In this document: positions 28,864-38,596 of the stretch, one piece after another | Layout: each line of letters opens with the position of its first letter | Position numbering within the stretch: position 1 is the stretch's first letter | From: Thermoproteota archaeon | Lineage (GTDB): Archaea > Thermoproteota > EX4484-205 > JAAOZP01 | Assembly: GCA_038850115.1 (NCBI GenBank) | Contig: JAWCMB010000004.1 | Span: forward strand, 7,091-71,090 | DNA length: 64,000 nt | Reading direction: 5' to 3' | Translations under genes and position numbers: made by a program | Notes under the pieces: model-generated | Seen by the model: only the letters and a program-made list of their open reading frames with translations | The model's database searches: none | Told to the model about the DNA's origin: nothing

Positions 28864-29643
28864 CTAGAGTCCCTGTTCTTCTAGCAGTCTATTCACATGC
28901 CTATAGTAGTCTTTTCTCCTTAGTTTTGCCGCCGCGGCCTCGTCGATGATAATTACTGTGTCAGGGTGCATTTGTAGTATTGAAGCAGTTATTTGGGATG
29001 TTATCGGCCCTTCTATTGTAGCTGCGACAGCGTCCGCTTTTCCCTCGCCATTAGCTAAAAGTATTATTTTTCTAGCTTCCATGATTGTTCCACAACCCAT
29101 GGTGATAGCGAGCCTTGGTACTTCTGTTTCGCTCTCAAAGAACCGGGCATTATCCTTTATAGTTTCCTCCGCCAAAGCTACCAGCGTGGTTCTTCCAAAT
29201 AAAGGAGAGCCGGGCTCATTAAAAGCTATATGGCCGTCTCTTCCTATGCCCAAGAGCTGAAGATCTATTCCTCCTGTTTTCTTAATCTCTTCCTCATATT
29301 TTTGGCAAAAAGCTTTAACGTCTTTAGCCAACCCGTCAGGTATATGAATATTCCTATGACTTATGTTAATATGGTTGAAGAGATTTTCAAACATGAAGTA
29401 ATGGTAGCTCTGAGGGTGATTCGGGGCCAATCCGTAGTACTCATCGAGGTTAAAGGTTACTGCCTTCGAGAAGTCTAGGCCCTCCTCCCTATACATTCTG
29501 ATAAGCTCCTTATAGGTGCCGAGTGGCGTGCTGCCCGTAGCTAGACCCAGGACAGAATTCGGCTTCCTCCTTAGCTGCTCAGCTATTATTTTCGCTGCTC
29601 TCCTACTCATCTCTTCATAACCTTTTGTAATTATGACTCTCAT
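28864..29643 (-). CDS. nagB: Glucosamine-6-phosphate deaminase (NagB family)
   Basis: It contains LGLATGSTP, FNLDEY and GIGRDGHIAFNEPGS. Confidence 0.85.
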   Translation of the reverse strand: MRVIITKGYEEMSRRAAKIIAEQLRRKPNSVLGLATGSTPLGTYKELIRMYREEGLDFSKAVTFNLDEYYGLAPNHPQSYHYFMFENLFNHINISHRNIHIPDGLAKDVKAFCQKYEEEIKKTGGIDLQLLGIGRDGHIAFNEPGSPLFGRTTLVALAEETIKDNARFFESETEVPRLAITMGCGTIMEARKIILLANGEGKADAVAATIEGPITSQITASILQMHPDTVIIIDEAAAAKLRRKDYYRHVNRLLEEQGL

Positions 29644-29765
29644 TTCATTCTCATGGTTTAAAGGTCCTTATATAAGGCTAACTCTTGCTGGAAGCTTCCT
29701 TCCACCATTTTGCAGAGTATAAACTCTTTTAAGTTAAAGACCTGCATAGAATTCTTAGAGGATAT

Positions 29766-30842
29766 TTGAGGATAGTGGTAACAGGAATCAGCGGCAGTGG
29801 CCGGGAGGCCCATCTCAAAAGGTTCGTCGAATTCGCGGAGGCAAGGGGTACTAAGGTTAAGCTTTTCTCGGTGGGCAGCATGATGTTCGAAGCAGCAAGG
29901 AAACTCGGCGTCGAGATAAAGGAGGATAAGATACTTGACCTATCCCCCTCATCCCTGAACTTTCTGAGGGCAACGGTTTTCGAGCAAATAATTAGGGAAG
30001 CGGAAAACTATGAGAACATTGTCATAAGCACGCACGCCTGCTTCAGGTGGAAGAAACACGTTTTCCAAGCGTTTGACTTTCATTATCTTAACGAGCTATC
30101 TCCAGACGCTTTCATAACAATCGCAGACTCCGCGTTACCCGTTAAAATTAGGCTCGAATCCTCTGCACAATGGAAGGGGCGTCTAACTCTCAAGGAAATA
30201 CTTGTTTGGAGAGATGAGGAAACCCTCTTAACCAAGAGCATTGCCGACTATCGTAGAAGACCCTTCTACATTGTTCCGTTCTCCTCCCCGCCGGAAACCC
30301 TCTTCAACCTCATGTTTAAACAGTATTCGAAGAAAGCATATCTTAGCTACCCTATAACACACATAGAGGACCGAGAGGCTAAGCTCGCTGATAAAGACCG
30401 GTTTAAAAACAGGCTTAGAACGCTTGGCCTAACAGTGTTCGACCCGGGTGAAATAGAAGACTCCCTTCTGCTCTACAAGCTTAAGGAGCTAAAGGATGCT
30501 GGGGGGGAAAAACTGGTAGTTGAGGAGAACGGCGTTAAAATAGAGATCCATATAAGTGAAATCGAAGACGTTGTCGAAGACCTGCTCGACCAGATTGTTG
30601 CAAGAGACTACCAGCTCATAGACCAGAGTGATTTTCTCGTAGTCTACTATTTCTCGCAAGTAATGTCTCCCGGCGTGCTCTCCGAAATGACGTATGGTTT
30701 CAGCAATAATAAGAGGGTTTTCGTAGTTTACAAGGGGCCTGAAAGCCCGTTTTTCAACTACTATTCGACAAGAATATTCGAATCTGAGGAAGCCCTAATA
30801 GACTTCATGAACAGGGAAGGCATGATCAACGGGAAACCTTAG
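29766..30842 (+). CDS. Two-domain protein: an N-terminal archaeal adenylate-kinase (AdkA)-like domain with a degenerate P-loop, fused to a C-terminal nucleoside 2-deoxyribosyltransferase-like or TIR-like domain
   Basis: The N-terminus has MRIVVTGISGSGRE where AdkA has GIPGVGKST, and ISTHACFRW where AdkA has IDTHA. The C-terminus has KKAYLSYPITH...SDFLVVYYFSQVMSPGVLSEMTYGF...RVFVVY. Both comparisons are from memory. Confidence 0.5.
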   Translation: MRIVVTGISGSGREAHLKRFVEFAEARGTKVKLFSVGSMMFEAARKLGVEIKEDKILDLSPSSLNFLRATVFEQIIREAENYENIVISTHACFRWKKHVFQAFDFHYLNELSPDAFITIADSALPVKIRLESSAQWKGRLTLKEILVWRDEETLLTKSIADYRRRPFYIVPFSSPPETLFNLMFKQYSKKAYLSYPITHIEDREAKLADKDRFKNRLRTLGLTVFDPGEIEDSLLLYKLKELKDAGGEKLVVEENGVKIEIHISEIEDVVEDLLDQIVARDYQLIDQSDFLVVYYFSQVMSPGVLSEMTYGFSNNKRVFVVYKGPESPFFNYYSTRIFESEEALIDFMNREGMINGKP

Positions 30843-30911
30843 ACGACAAAATTTATTAGGAGACTGAAAACAAAAATACGCTTGAGGCACCCCTTCAAAA
30901 CTAGGATAATC

Positions 30912-30996
30912 GCGGAGGTCGCCAAGTCTGGTTAAAGGCGCGAGGCTCAGGACCTCGTCCCGTAGGGGTTCGTGGGTTCAAATCCCACCCTCCGCA
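30912..30996 (+). tRNA. tRNA-Leu(CAG), type II, no intron
   Basis: Fold: acceptor GCGGAGG/CCTCCGC, anticodon arm CGAGG-CTCAGGA-CCTCG, T arm GTGGG-TTCAAAT-CCCAC. Confidence 0.9.
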
Positions 30997-31146
30997 TCGT
31001 TTTTCGGATGAGTCAAGTTAGAAACCCGTCTCGAAGATATTCCCATTCTATTCGGCTGGCGCGCTACTAATATGGTGGTTGGAATTTTCCAAACGGCATC
31101 CTGCGTACATTAAGTTTAATTAGCTTTTCTCTGTTCTAAATAAATC

Positions 31147-31875
31147 ATGAGGCTGGTTATGGAGGGTAAACATGTTTTAATAGTCGTGATATTTGCCTCA
31201 ATAATTCTGATTGCTGCCTTATCCGTATACTTTTTCCTACGCCCGGCTAGAAGCCAGACTCCTGTTTGGATTAACGCGACGAGACTAAGACTTCCTGAGC
31301 CTCGCTATGAGAGTGAGGTTTCTGTTGAAGAGGCTCTGCTTAAAAGGAGATCCGTTAGAGAATATGCTAGGGGCAGCTTAACCCTGCAGGAGGTTTCTCA
31401 ACTGCTCTGGGCTGCTCAAGGCGTTACTGACCCACAGGGTTTAAGAACAGCTCCTTCAGCCGGAGCCCTCTATCCTCTTGAGGTCTACCTGGTGGTCGGA
31501 AGCGTGGAGGGTCTTGCGCCGGGAGTTTACAAGTATGTGCCGGATGGCCATGAGATCATTATGGTTCTAGACGGTGATAAGAGGGCTCGATTGACGGATG
31601 CTGCCTTAGGTCAAGCATGGGTGGGGAAGGCTGCTGTAGACATTGTGATAACTGCAGTGTACGAGCGGACCACAGGGAAATACGGTGAGAGAGGGATTAG
31701 GTACGTGCATTTAGAGGCGGGCCACGCTGCTCAAAACATATGCCTTCAAGCAACAGCCATGGATCTGGGTGTTGTAACTGTCGGAGCTTTTTACGATGAG
31801 CAGGTTAAGACTGTCCTAAGCCTTCCAGATGAAGAGCAGCCGCTCTACATCATCACTATAGGGAGGAAACCGTAA
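31147..31875 (+). CDS. SagB-type dehydrogenase / nitroreductase-family protein with N-terminal TM helix
   Basis: It contains RRSVREY, LLWAAQG, RTAPSAGALYPLE and YVHLEAGHAAQN. Confidence 0.8.
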   Translation: MRLVMEGKHVLIVVIFASIILIAALSVYFFLRPARSQTPVWINATRLRLPEPRYESEVSVEEALLKRRSVREYARGSLTLQEVSQLLWAAQGVTDPQGLRTAPSAGALYPLEVYLVVGSVEGLAPGVYKYVPDGHEIIMVLDGDKRARLTDAALGQAWVGKAAVDIVITAVYERTTGKYGERGIRYVHLEAGHAAQNICLQATAMDLGVVTVGAFYDEQVKTVLSLPDEEQPLYIITIGRKP

Positions 31876-32150
31876 CACCTGTTTTACATCTCGGTCTATT
31901 TTTGTTCTTCCTTTAACCATTGATGATTCACCGGTTAAAGACGCTAAATATAGCTGTAGGCTTACGATTTTCAATCAGCATTAAATAGTTTAAATACGGG
32001 TTTTAAGAGAGGGCTTTCTAGGAGTCTTGGCGAAAGGATTGGAAAGGAGTCTCCCGGTCTTAATGTTTTCAGCATTATGCATGGTTTCTCTAGGCCTACG
32101 GGCTGGTCTCCCAGAAACCGGTTTAATCCAGGGGGAGGCTTGAAACAGTA

Positions 32151-34412
32151 TTGTTCATTTTTCTCCCGGGGTCAATCCTTGCAGTGTTGACGGAAACATC
32201 AGAGGAAGCAGATGTGTCGAGAAAGGTTGTAACAGGAGCCGTAATTCTAGCTGTAACGGTGATATGCGTTTACTTCGCGGTTGTTTTCATATCCAGGCCT
32301 TCTCCGCCTCAGCCTCCTCCCCCAACCGCGGCATACCGCAACCCAAGCCTCTCGCCTGAGGAGAGGGCTCTCGACCTCCTTTCTCGAATGACGCTTGACG
32401 AGAAAATCGGTCAAATGACCCTGCCGGACCGGCAATCCATAAGCAGCATCTCAGACATATCCACTTACAATCTAGGTGGGCTTTTGAGCGGCGGAGGTTC
32501 ATGCCCTGTTCCTAACGTTCCTTCCAACTGGGCTAAGATGTACAACGAGTATCAAAGACAGGCTTTTAAGGGTACACGTTTAGGAATTCCGATTCTATAT
32601 GGTATTGACGCGGTTCACGGGCATAACAATGTTTACGGGGCTGTGATTTTCCCCCATAACATTGGAATGGGTGCGACATGGAACCTTGAACTAGTTAAGG
32701 AGTGTGCCCACATCACGGCGATCGAGGTGAGGGCCACAGGAATACGCTGGACTTTCTCACCGTGCATCGACGTCGCTAGGGACGACCGGTGGGGCAGAAC
32801 ATACGAGTCCTTTGGCGAAGACCCGTATCTGGTTAAGATGATGGCGATGAGCGCGGTTAAGGGATACCAGGGCGACGGGCTTGACCAGGATGACACTGTC
32901 CTGGCTACGGCTAAGCATTACATGGGCTCGGGTGGAACCGTGAATGGCAGGGATCAGGGGGACTTCCAAGGGCCGCTGAGAATACTCCGGGAAAAGCATC
33001 TCGAGCCCTTCATAGGTGCGGTTAACGCTGGAGTAGGGTCAGTAATGGCTTCCTACTGCAGTATTAACGGGGAGAAGATACATGGCAACAGGTTCTTCCT
33101 GACTGATGTTTTAAAGGTGGAACTGGGGTTTAAAGGCCTGCTGGTTTCCGATTGGGAGGCAATGGGCCAGGTTGACCCCTCGTACAGGAACGCGGTTAAG
33201 AAAAGCATTGAGGCGGGGATAGATATGGCGATGGTTCCAGACACTTGGAAAATGTTTCAAGAGGTTCTCAGAGACCTTGTTAACAGCGGCGAGATCCCGG
33301 TGAGCAGAATAGACGAGGCTGTTTACAGGATTCTGCTGGTGAAATTCCGCCTAGGCCTCTTCGAGAACCCTTATGCGGATGAAAGCCTTTCTTCAGCCGT
33401 TGGTAATACTGCGCACAGGGAGGTTGCCCGCCGGGCAGTCCGTGAAAGCATAGTACTGCTGAAGAACAACGGTATTCTTCCAATACGTAAAAACGTGAGC
33501 ACGATCTTAGTCGCGGGTCCTAACGCCAACGATATTGGGAACCAATGCGGCGGCTGGACGATCACCTGGCAGGGGAGCAGCGGCGACACTACGATTGGAA
33601 CAACTATTCTAGAGGCCATTCGGAAAACAGTTTCCCCGAGCACCAGGATCATATTCGACGAAAACGCTAGCAATATAGCTGGCCCCTATGACGTGGGGAT
33701 TGTCGTAGTGGGGGAAACTCCCTATGCTGAATTTCTTGGCGACAGGGAGAGCCTAGACCTACCCGGGGAGCAGCTTAAGATAATAGACAGGGTGGTTGCC
33801 TCAGGGACTCCGACAGTCGTCATAATGGTTGCCGGCAGACCTTTGACGGGCATAGAAAACAGGCTGCCGGAGTGGAGTGCATTCCTAATGGCTTGGCTCC
33901 CAGGGGCAGAGGGACAGGGTGTGGCGGACGTTTTATTCGGCGACTACAATCCCAGTGGAAGGCTGTCGCGCTCATGGCCCAAGTCTACTGTTCAAGAACC
34001 GGTAAACTATGACCGCCGACCCGGTGAGGAGTACGACCCGCTTTTCGAATTCGGATATGGGCTCAGCTACACGGCTTTCGAATACAGTTGCCTCAATATT
34101 ACTCCGGCTGAGCCGCTCTTGACAGACACTATCACGATTAGCGTGAACGTTAGTAACACGGGGCCTCGTAGCGGTAGTGAGGTGGTCCAGGTTTATGTGA
34201 GCGATGTTGAAAGCAGTCTATCAACGCCTGTGAAAAAGCTATACCGGTTCCGAAAAATAACTCTTCAGCCAGGCGAGACGCAGACAGTAAGCTTCACCAT
34301 CCCTGTTTCCGAACTGGGCTTCTACACGGACGGCCCGGAGAAAACCGTTGAAGAAGGAGTCTTCGTGGTGACTGTAGGAGGCTTGACTGCAAGCCTTACA
34401 GTAAGGAAGTAA
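32151..34412 (+). CDS. GH3-family beta-glucosidase/beta-xylosidase, membrane-anchored. The start is uncertain.
   Basis: It contains LDEKIGQM, GIDAVHG and KHY.G, plus GLLVSDWEAM (nucleophile Asp). A C-terminal FnIII-like domain is present (GYGLSYT...VQVY). Confidence 0.9.
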   Translation: MFIFLPGSILAVLTETSEEADVSRKVVTGAVILAVTVICVYFAVVFISRPSPPQPPPPTAAYRNPSLSPEERALDLLSRMTLDEKIGQMTLPDRQSISSISDISTYNLGGLLSGGGSCPVPNVPSNWAKMYNEYQRQAFKGTRLGIPILYGIDAVHGHNNVYGAVIFPHNIGMGATWNLELVKECAHITAIEVRATGIRWTFSPCIDVARDDRWGRTYESFGEDPYLVKMMAMSAVKGYQGDGLDQDDTVLATAKHYMGSGGTVNGRDQGDFQGPLRILREKHLEPFIGAVNAGVGSVMASYCSINGEKIHGNRFFLTDVLKVELGFKGLLVSDWEAMGQVDPSYRNAVKKSIEAGIDMAMVPDTWKMFQEVLRDLVNSGEIPVSRIDEAVYRILLVKFRLGLFENPYADESLSSAVGNTAHREVARRAVRESIVLLKNNGILPIRKNVSTILVAGPNANDIGNQCGGWTITWQGSSGDTTIGTTILEAIRKTVSPSTRIIFDENASNIAGPYDVGIVVVGETPYAEFLGDRESLDLPGEQLKIIDRVVASGTPTVVIMVAGRPLTGIENRLPEWSAFLMAWLPGAEGQGVADVLFGDYNPSGRLSRSWPKSTVQEPVNYDRRPGEEYDPLFEFGYGLSYTAFEYSCLNITPAEPLLTDTITISVNVSNTGPRSGSEVVQVYVSDVESSLSTPVKKLYRFRKITLQPGETQTVSFTIPVSELGFYTDGPEKTVEEGVFVVTVGGLTASLTVRK

Positions 34413-34477
34413 ACACTTCAAAGCGTATTCCTTAAATATAGGGTTTCAGCCCCTTTTTAGTCACCGAGTGGCGCTGG

Positions 34478-35299
34478 TTGACTCGTAAACCCGAGGTCGT
34501 GGTTAAAATCGGCACGAGCGTGCTGACGAACTCTAAAGGATGGATCAGCGAAGCGAGAGTCAGGGAAATAGTTAGGCAGATTGCGGAAAACATGAGCAAG
34601 ATGAAATCAGTAGTCATAGTGACCTCCGGTGCTATTGCAACAGGTTTGTCTAAGCTTAGGATAGAATCGTCCCCGGGCAGTTTGAAGCTTACGATGAAGC
34701 AGGTTTGCGCAGCCATAGGGCAGCCAACCCTGATGGCACTATACACGAAGCATTTCAACAAGTATGGAATAAACACTGCGCAAATACTTCTCACCGAGGA
34801 GGACTTGGCGAACAAGTATCGCTACAAGAATTTTTGGCGAACATTATCCGCCCTCATGGAGCAGGGCGTTGTTCCCATTATAAATGAGAACGACGCTATC
34901 TCTGTTAAAGAGCTTGTTCCAATAAACCCCTACGTGCCTGACTCCGTCAGGTTCGGAGATAATGATAGGCTGTCAGCAATCATAGCGTCGAAAATAGGCG
35001 CCGACCTGCTGATAATGCTGACTGATGTCGACGGGTTCATGATGCCTACTAAAAACGGCGTCAAAATTGTTAAGGAGCTTAGGAAAGTTAACAGGAAGAT
35101 TCTTTCTTTCGCAGGGTCTCCGGGTGCCCTAGGTAGAGGTGGAATGCTTTCCAAGCTTCAGGCGGCGGCAATAGCCTCTAGATCAGGAGTCACAACAGTG
35201 ATAGCCAACGGTTTGAAGAGAAACATTATAGCGAAAATACTGAGCGGCGAAAACGCTGGCACCGTAGTCCGCCCACTACGGAAAAGGTTTAAGTCTTAA
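34478..35299 (+). CDS. proB: Glutamate 5-kinase (no PUA domain)
   Basis: It contains VVKIGTSVLT, PIINENDA, FGDNDRLSA and LTDVDG. Confidence 0.85.
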   Translation: MTRKPEVVVKIGTSVLTNSKGWISEARVREIVRQIAENMSKMKSVVIVTSGAIATGLSKLRIESSPGSLKLTMKQVCAAIGQPTLMALYTKHFNKYGINTAQILLTEEDLANKYRYKNFWRTLSALMEQGVVPIINENDAISVKELVPINPYVPDSVRFGDNDRLSAIIASKIGADLLIMLTDVDGFMMPTKNGVKIVKELRKVNRKILSFAGSPGALGRGGMLSKLQAAAIASRSGVTTVIANGLKRNIIAKILSGENAGTVVRPLRKRFKS

Positions 35300-35321
35300 G
35301 AAAGGTTTCTTCAAAACCGCG

Positions 35322-36575
35322 TTGAGCATGGAGGAGGTTGTTGAAAAATCCAGAAAAGCTAAAGAGGCTTCTCTAAAACTCGGAGTTGCTCCGACGCCTG
35401 TTAAAAACGCCGCGTTGGAAAAAATGGCTGAACACATTGAGAGACACGGGGAAGAAATAATACGGGAGAACAGTAAGGATGTTAAAGCAGCGGAGAGCAG
35501 AGGAACCTCATACTCTCTGGTGGATAGGCTGCTGCTGAACGAGAAACGAGTTAGAGAAATGGCTGAAGGCCTCCGCCAGGTTGCATCCCTACCGGACCCG
35601 GTTGGGGAGATAGTTGAGGGGTGGAGAACTAGACACGGCTTAGAGATAAGAAAGGTCCGCGTGCCGCTTGGCGTTATTGGAGTGATATACGAGGCTAGGC
35701 CCAACGTTACAGTAGAAATAACCGGCTTAGCGTTAAAGGCCGGTAACGCCGTCGTCCTCAGAGGAGGCTCGGAAGCATTAAACTCAAACAAAATACTGGT
35801 GGAAATAATGAGGGATGCTGTGAAAAACCTTATCGACCCTGAGGCAATACAACTCATAGAAAACCCCAGCAGGGAGCTCGTTGGCTTGCTTCTGAAGCAG
35901 GACAACTACATAGATGTTATAATCCCGAGGGGTAGTGCCCAATTCATAAAATTCGTCAAGGAAAATTCACTTATACCTGTGATCGAAACAGGAGCCGGCA
36001 ACTGCCATATTTTTGTGAACTGGGATGCTGACTTAGAGATGGCTACTAAGATTATAGTGAACGCTAAGGTTCAAAGACCTGCAGTATGCAACGCTGTCAG
36101 GAAAGTCTTGGTACACAGCGAGATAGCGGAGAAATACCTTCCACAGCTGGTTGATACTCTAGTGGGCTATAACGTCATAATTAAGGGGTGTAAGAGAAGC
36201 AGGAAAATAGTTCCAACTCTCGTTGAAGCCACTGAGGAAGACTGGTACGAGGAATATATGGATCTGACGCTTGCAGTCAAAATTGTTGATAGTGTTGAGG
36301 AGGCAATTAACCACATAAACAAGTATGGGTCTAGACATTCAGATGCCATTATAACAAGCAATCTCCAAGATTCTGAATTATTTACAAGCTTAGTGGATTC
36401 TTCAACCGTATACGTTAACGCGTCTACGAGATTCACTGACGGAGGTCAGTTTGGCTTCGGTGCGGAAGTAGGAATAAGCACGCAGAAGCTTCACGCAAGA
36501 GGCCCGATGGGCCTGAGAGAAATCACTACTACGAAATACGTGGTTTACGGTTCTGGACAGATAAGGGAGATGTAA
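35322..36575 (+). CDS. proA: Gamma-glutamyl phosphate reductase
   Basis: It contains GVIYEARPNVT, LRGGSEA, PAVCNA and HSDAIIT. It lies adjacent to proB. Confidence 0.9.
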   Translation: MSMEEVVEKSRKAKEASLKLGVAPTPVKNAALEKMAEHIERHGEEIIRENSKDVKAAESRGTSYSLVDRLLLNEKRVREMAEGLRQVASLPDPVGEIVEGWRTRHGLEIRKVRVPLGVIGVIYEARPNVTVEITGLALKAGNAVVLRGGSEALNSNKILVEIMRDAVKNLIDPEAIQLIENPSRELVGLLLKQDNYIDVIIPRGSAQFIKFVKENSLIPVIETGAGNCHIFVNWDADLEMATKIIVNAKVQRPAVCNAVRKVLVHSEIAEKYLPQLVDTLVGYNVIIKGCKRSRKIVPTLVEATEEDWYEEYMDLTLAVKIVDSVEEAINHINKYGSRHSDAIITSNLQDSELFTSLVDSSTVYVNASTRFTDGGQFGFGAEVGISTQKLHARGPMGLREITTTKYVVYGSGQIREM

Positions 36576-36661
36576 ACGCGCTAATCCGCAACCTTTCTTT
36601 GTGACGTGAAGTACAAGAGAGAAAAGAATATAAAGCTTCGAACATATATTTTGAAAAACTG

Positions 36662-36732
36662 GGGTCGATAGTCTAATGGTAGGATGCCGCTCTTACGAGG
36701 CGGAGATCCCGGTTCGAATCCGGGTCGACCCA
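36662..36732 (+). tRNA. tRNA-Val(UAC), no intron
   Basis: Fold: acceptor GGGTCGA/TCGACCC, anticodon arm CCGCT-CTTACGA-GGCGG, T arm CCCGG-TTCGAAT-CCGGG. Confidence 0.85.
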
Positions 36733-36837
36733 TTTTTCTCGAGCTTACAGGCAGTAATTACTCGCCCCTTTCTACTTAATCGAAATACTATTGAAACTCG
36801 TTTTTATCCAGGCTAATCTAAAGACTTATAATGAATT

Positions 36838-38127
36838 ATGAAGAGTTTGAAAATGTTGACCAAACTCTTTAAGGATATTGCCACGCCTCTGAAGAGACTT
36901 GACAAACGGTTTAAGGTGGTTCTTGCAGCTATCGGCGTTTATAATGGGGCGAATAGTCTTACACTAAACTATAACCAGCTTTATGCTGTTGCCTTAGGGG
37001 CAAACCCGATCGAGCTAAGCTCGCTGAACAGTGTAGGCAGCGTGATTTCCTCAGCAGTCTCGATTCCTGCAGGATGGTTGATCGACAAGTATGGAGTTAA
37101 ACGGATATTGGCGGCGGGCTTGGTTCTATGCGCAGTTGTTTCTGCACTCTACGGTTGTGCAACAAGCTGGCTTACACTTTTACCTGCAATAATGCTGATG
37201 CAACTGAGTTTTAAGCTGATAATGCCGCTTGCAGACATCGTCTTCATAAGCACCACTAGGACTGAAAACAGGGCTCGACTGATGGGGCTCTCACGCACGG
37301 TTTGGGCAATACCCTCTCTCTTGACGCCTATGGTGGCTGCGATGATCGTGACTCTCTACGGTGGGATAACAGTTCAGGGGATACGACCTCTTTATTTCAT
37401 ACAGCTCTCAACCATGATTGCAGCAGCTATTTTTATCATCTTTAAGCTTGAAGAGCTACATGTCCGCTCATCCGTCAGTAGGTTGAGAGGGGAAGGTGGC
37501 GAGACGAGTTTACTCGAGGGCTTCAGAGAACTGTTTAGGGGCGAGAGCAGTCTTAGGAAATGGATGTTGTTAATGGGGCTGTGGCGTTTCGGGAGTAGTA
37601 TTTCAATGCCTTTTGTCACGCTCTGGATGGTTTATACGAAAAATGCTGATCCCTATCTTCTTGGGGAAATAGGCACTATGGGGATAGTGGTGTCCGCTAT
37701 CTTACAAATCCCTGTAGGAGTTATGGCGGATAAAATAGGGCGTAAGAAAACGTTCCTCCTCATCCGTCCGCTTACATACCTCGGCACGATTCTTCTGATC
37801 ATTGCTTCTAATCCTCAAATGCTTATGCTGGCTGGACTATTAGGGATATTAGGCTTCACAGGCGGGTTTATTGATCTCAGTTTCATACCGTTCATAACTA
37901 TGTTTTGGGAAACCGTTCCGATGGAGAAAAGGGGTAGGTGGTTCGGCATAACAGGTGTATTCGACATTCTTTCAGTACCGGCTTTCCTGCTTGGCGGCTT
38001 CCTCTGGCAAGAGGGTTTGGAGGTGCTGGTTCTTATCCTGCCACTCTTAATGGAAGTATTTGTAATAATGCCTATAGTATTAATCGTCCCAGAGACGTTG
38101 AGTTCGTCTAAAGTTAATGAGGATTAA
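36838..38127 (+). CDS. MFS-family transporter
   Basis: It has about 12 hydrophobic helices. An MFS-like loop motif GWLIDKYGVKR follows TM2 and a second motif MADKIGRKK lies in the C-terminal half. Confidence 0.75.
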   Translation: MKSLKMLTKLFKDIATPLKRLDKRFKVVLAAIGVYNGANSLTLNYNQLYAVALGANPIELSSLNSVGSVISSAVSIPAGWLIDKYGVKRILAAGLVLCAVVSALYGCATSWLTLLPAIMLMQLSFKLIMPLADIVFISTTRTENRARLMGLSRTVWAIPSLLTPMVAAMIVTLYGGITVQGIRPLYFIQLSTMIAAAIFIIFKLEELHVRSSVSRLRGEGGETSLLEGFRELFRGESSLRKWMLLMGLWRFGSSISMPFVTLWMVYTKNADPYLLGEIGTMGIVVSAILQIPVGVMADKIGRKKTFLLIRPLTYLGTILLIIASNPQMLMLAGLLGILGFTGGFIDLSFIPFITMFWETVPMEKRGRWFGITGVFDILSVPAFLLGGFLWQEGLEVLVLILPLLMEVFVIMPIVLIVPETLSSSKVNED

Positions 38128-38179
38128 AAAGGGCTTTCATGGTCTTTTAGAGAATTAGAAAACAACTCGTTAGAGATTA

Positions 38180-38287
38180 TGGCGAGGGCCGGATTTGAAC
38201 CGACGACACCCCGGTCTTCAGCCGGGCGCTCTTGGGATTTAATGTTTCTATATATTTGTATTTTCTCCCAGGCTGAGCTACCTCGCC
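38180..38287 (-). tRNA. tRNA-Phe(GAA) with a 34-nt non-canonical intron at the D-loop/D-stem junction (about 38232-38265)
   Basis: Reverse-complement fold: acceptor GGCGAGG/CCTCGCC, D arm GCTC-AGCCTGGGA|34 nt|GAGC, anticodon arm CCCGG-CTGAAGA-CCGGG, T arm GTCGG-TTCAAAT-CCGGC. Exon TGGGA pairs with intron TCCCA. Confidence 0.8.
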
Positions 38288-38596
38288 TTGGGCTATTTTA
38301 TTCCCAGCCGCCTCTATTTTAATTTTGCTTTTTCGGAGGTTTAAAGATGTACATCGAATCGTTGTCCTTCCGGATGTTTCAGGCCGCATTTAAAGGGCTT
38401 TCTAAGTGTTTAAAACAACCGTTTTTCCTAAAACCTTATGAGGGGGATTGTCGAACCGTTTTAGAAAGTTCAACGGGTTTATTTCAAGAAGCGCTGATTA
38501 TTTGGGCTTCCCAGCCGACTAATCGTCAGTTTTTCTAACCCGGCCCTCTTGGGGAGAAAGCATAAATTCACGTTTTTCTCCTCTGGATGAGACTTT

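Noticed and set aside
31147-31875. A SagB-type dehydrogenase, considered as part of a thiazole/oxazole-modified peptide (TOMM) cluster
   Set aside because: There is no YcaO or cyclodehydratase, no precursor-like small ORF and no exporter nearby. Its neighbours are a tRNA and a GH3 enzyme. Stand-alone SagB-like nitroreductases are common.
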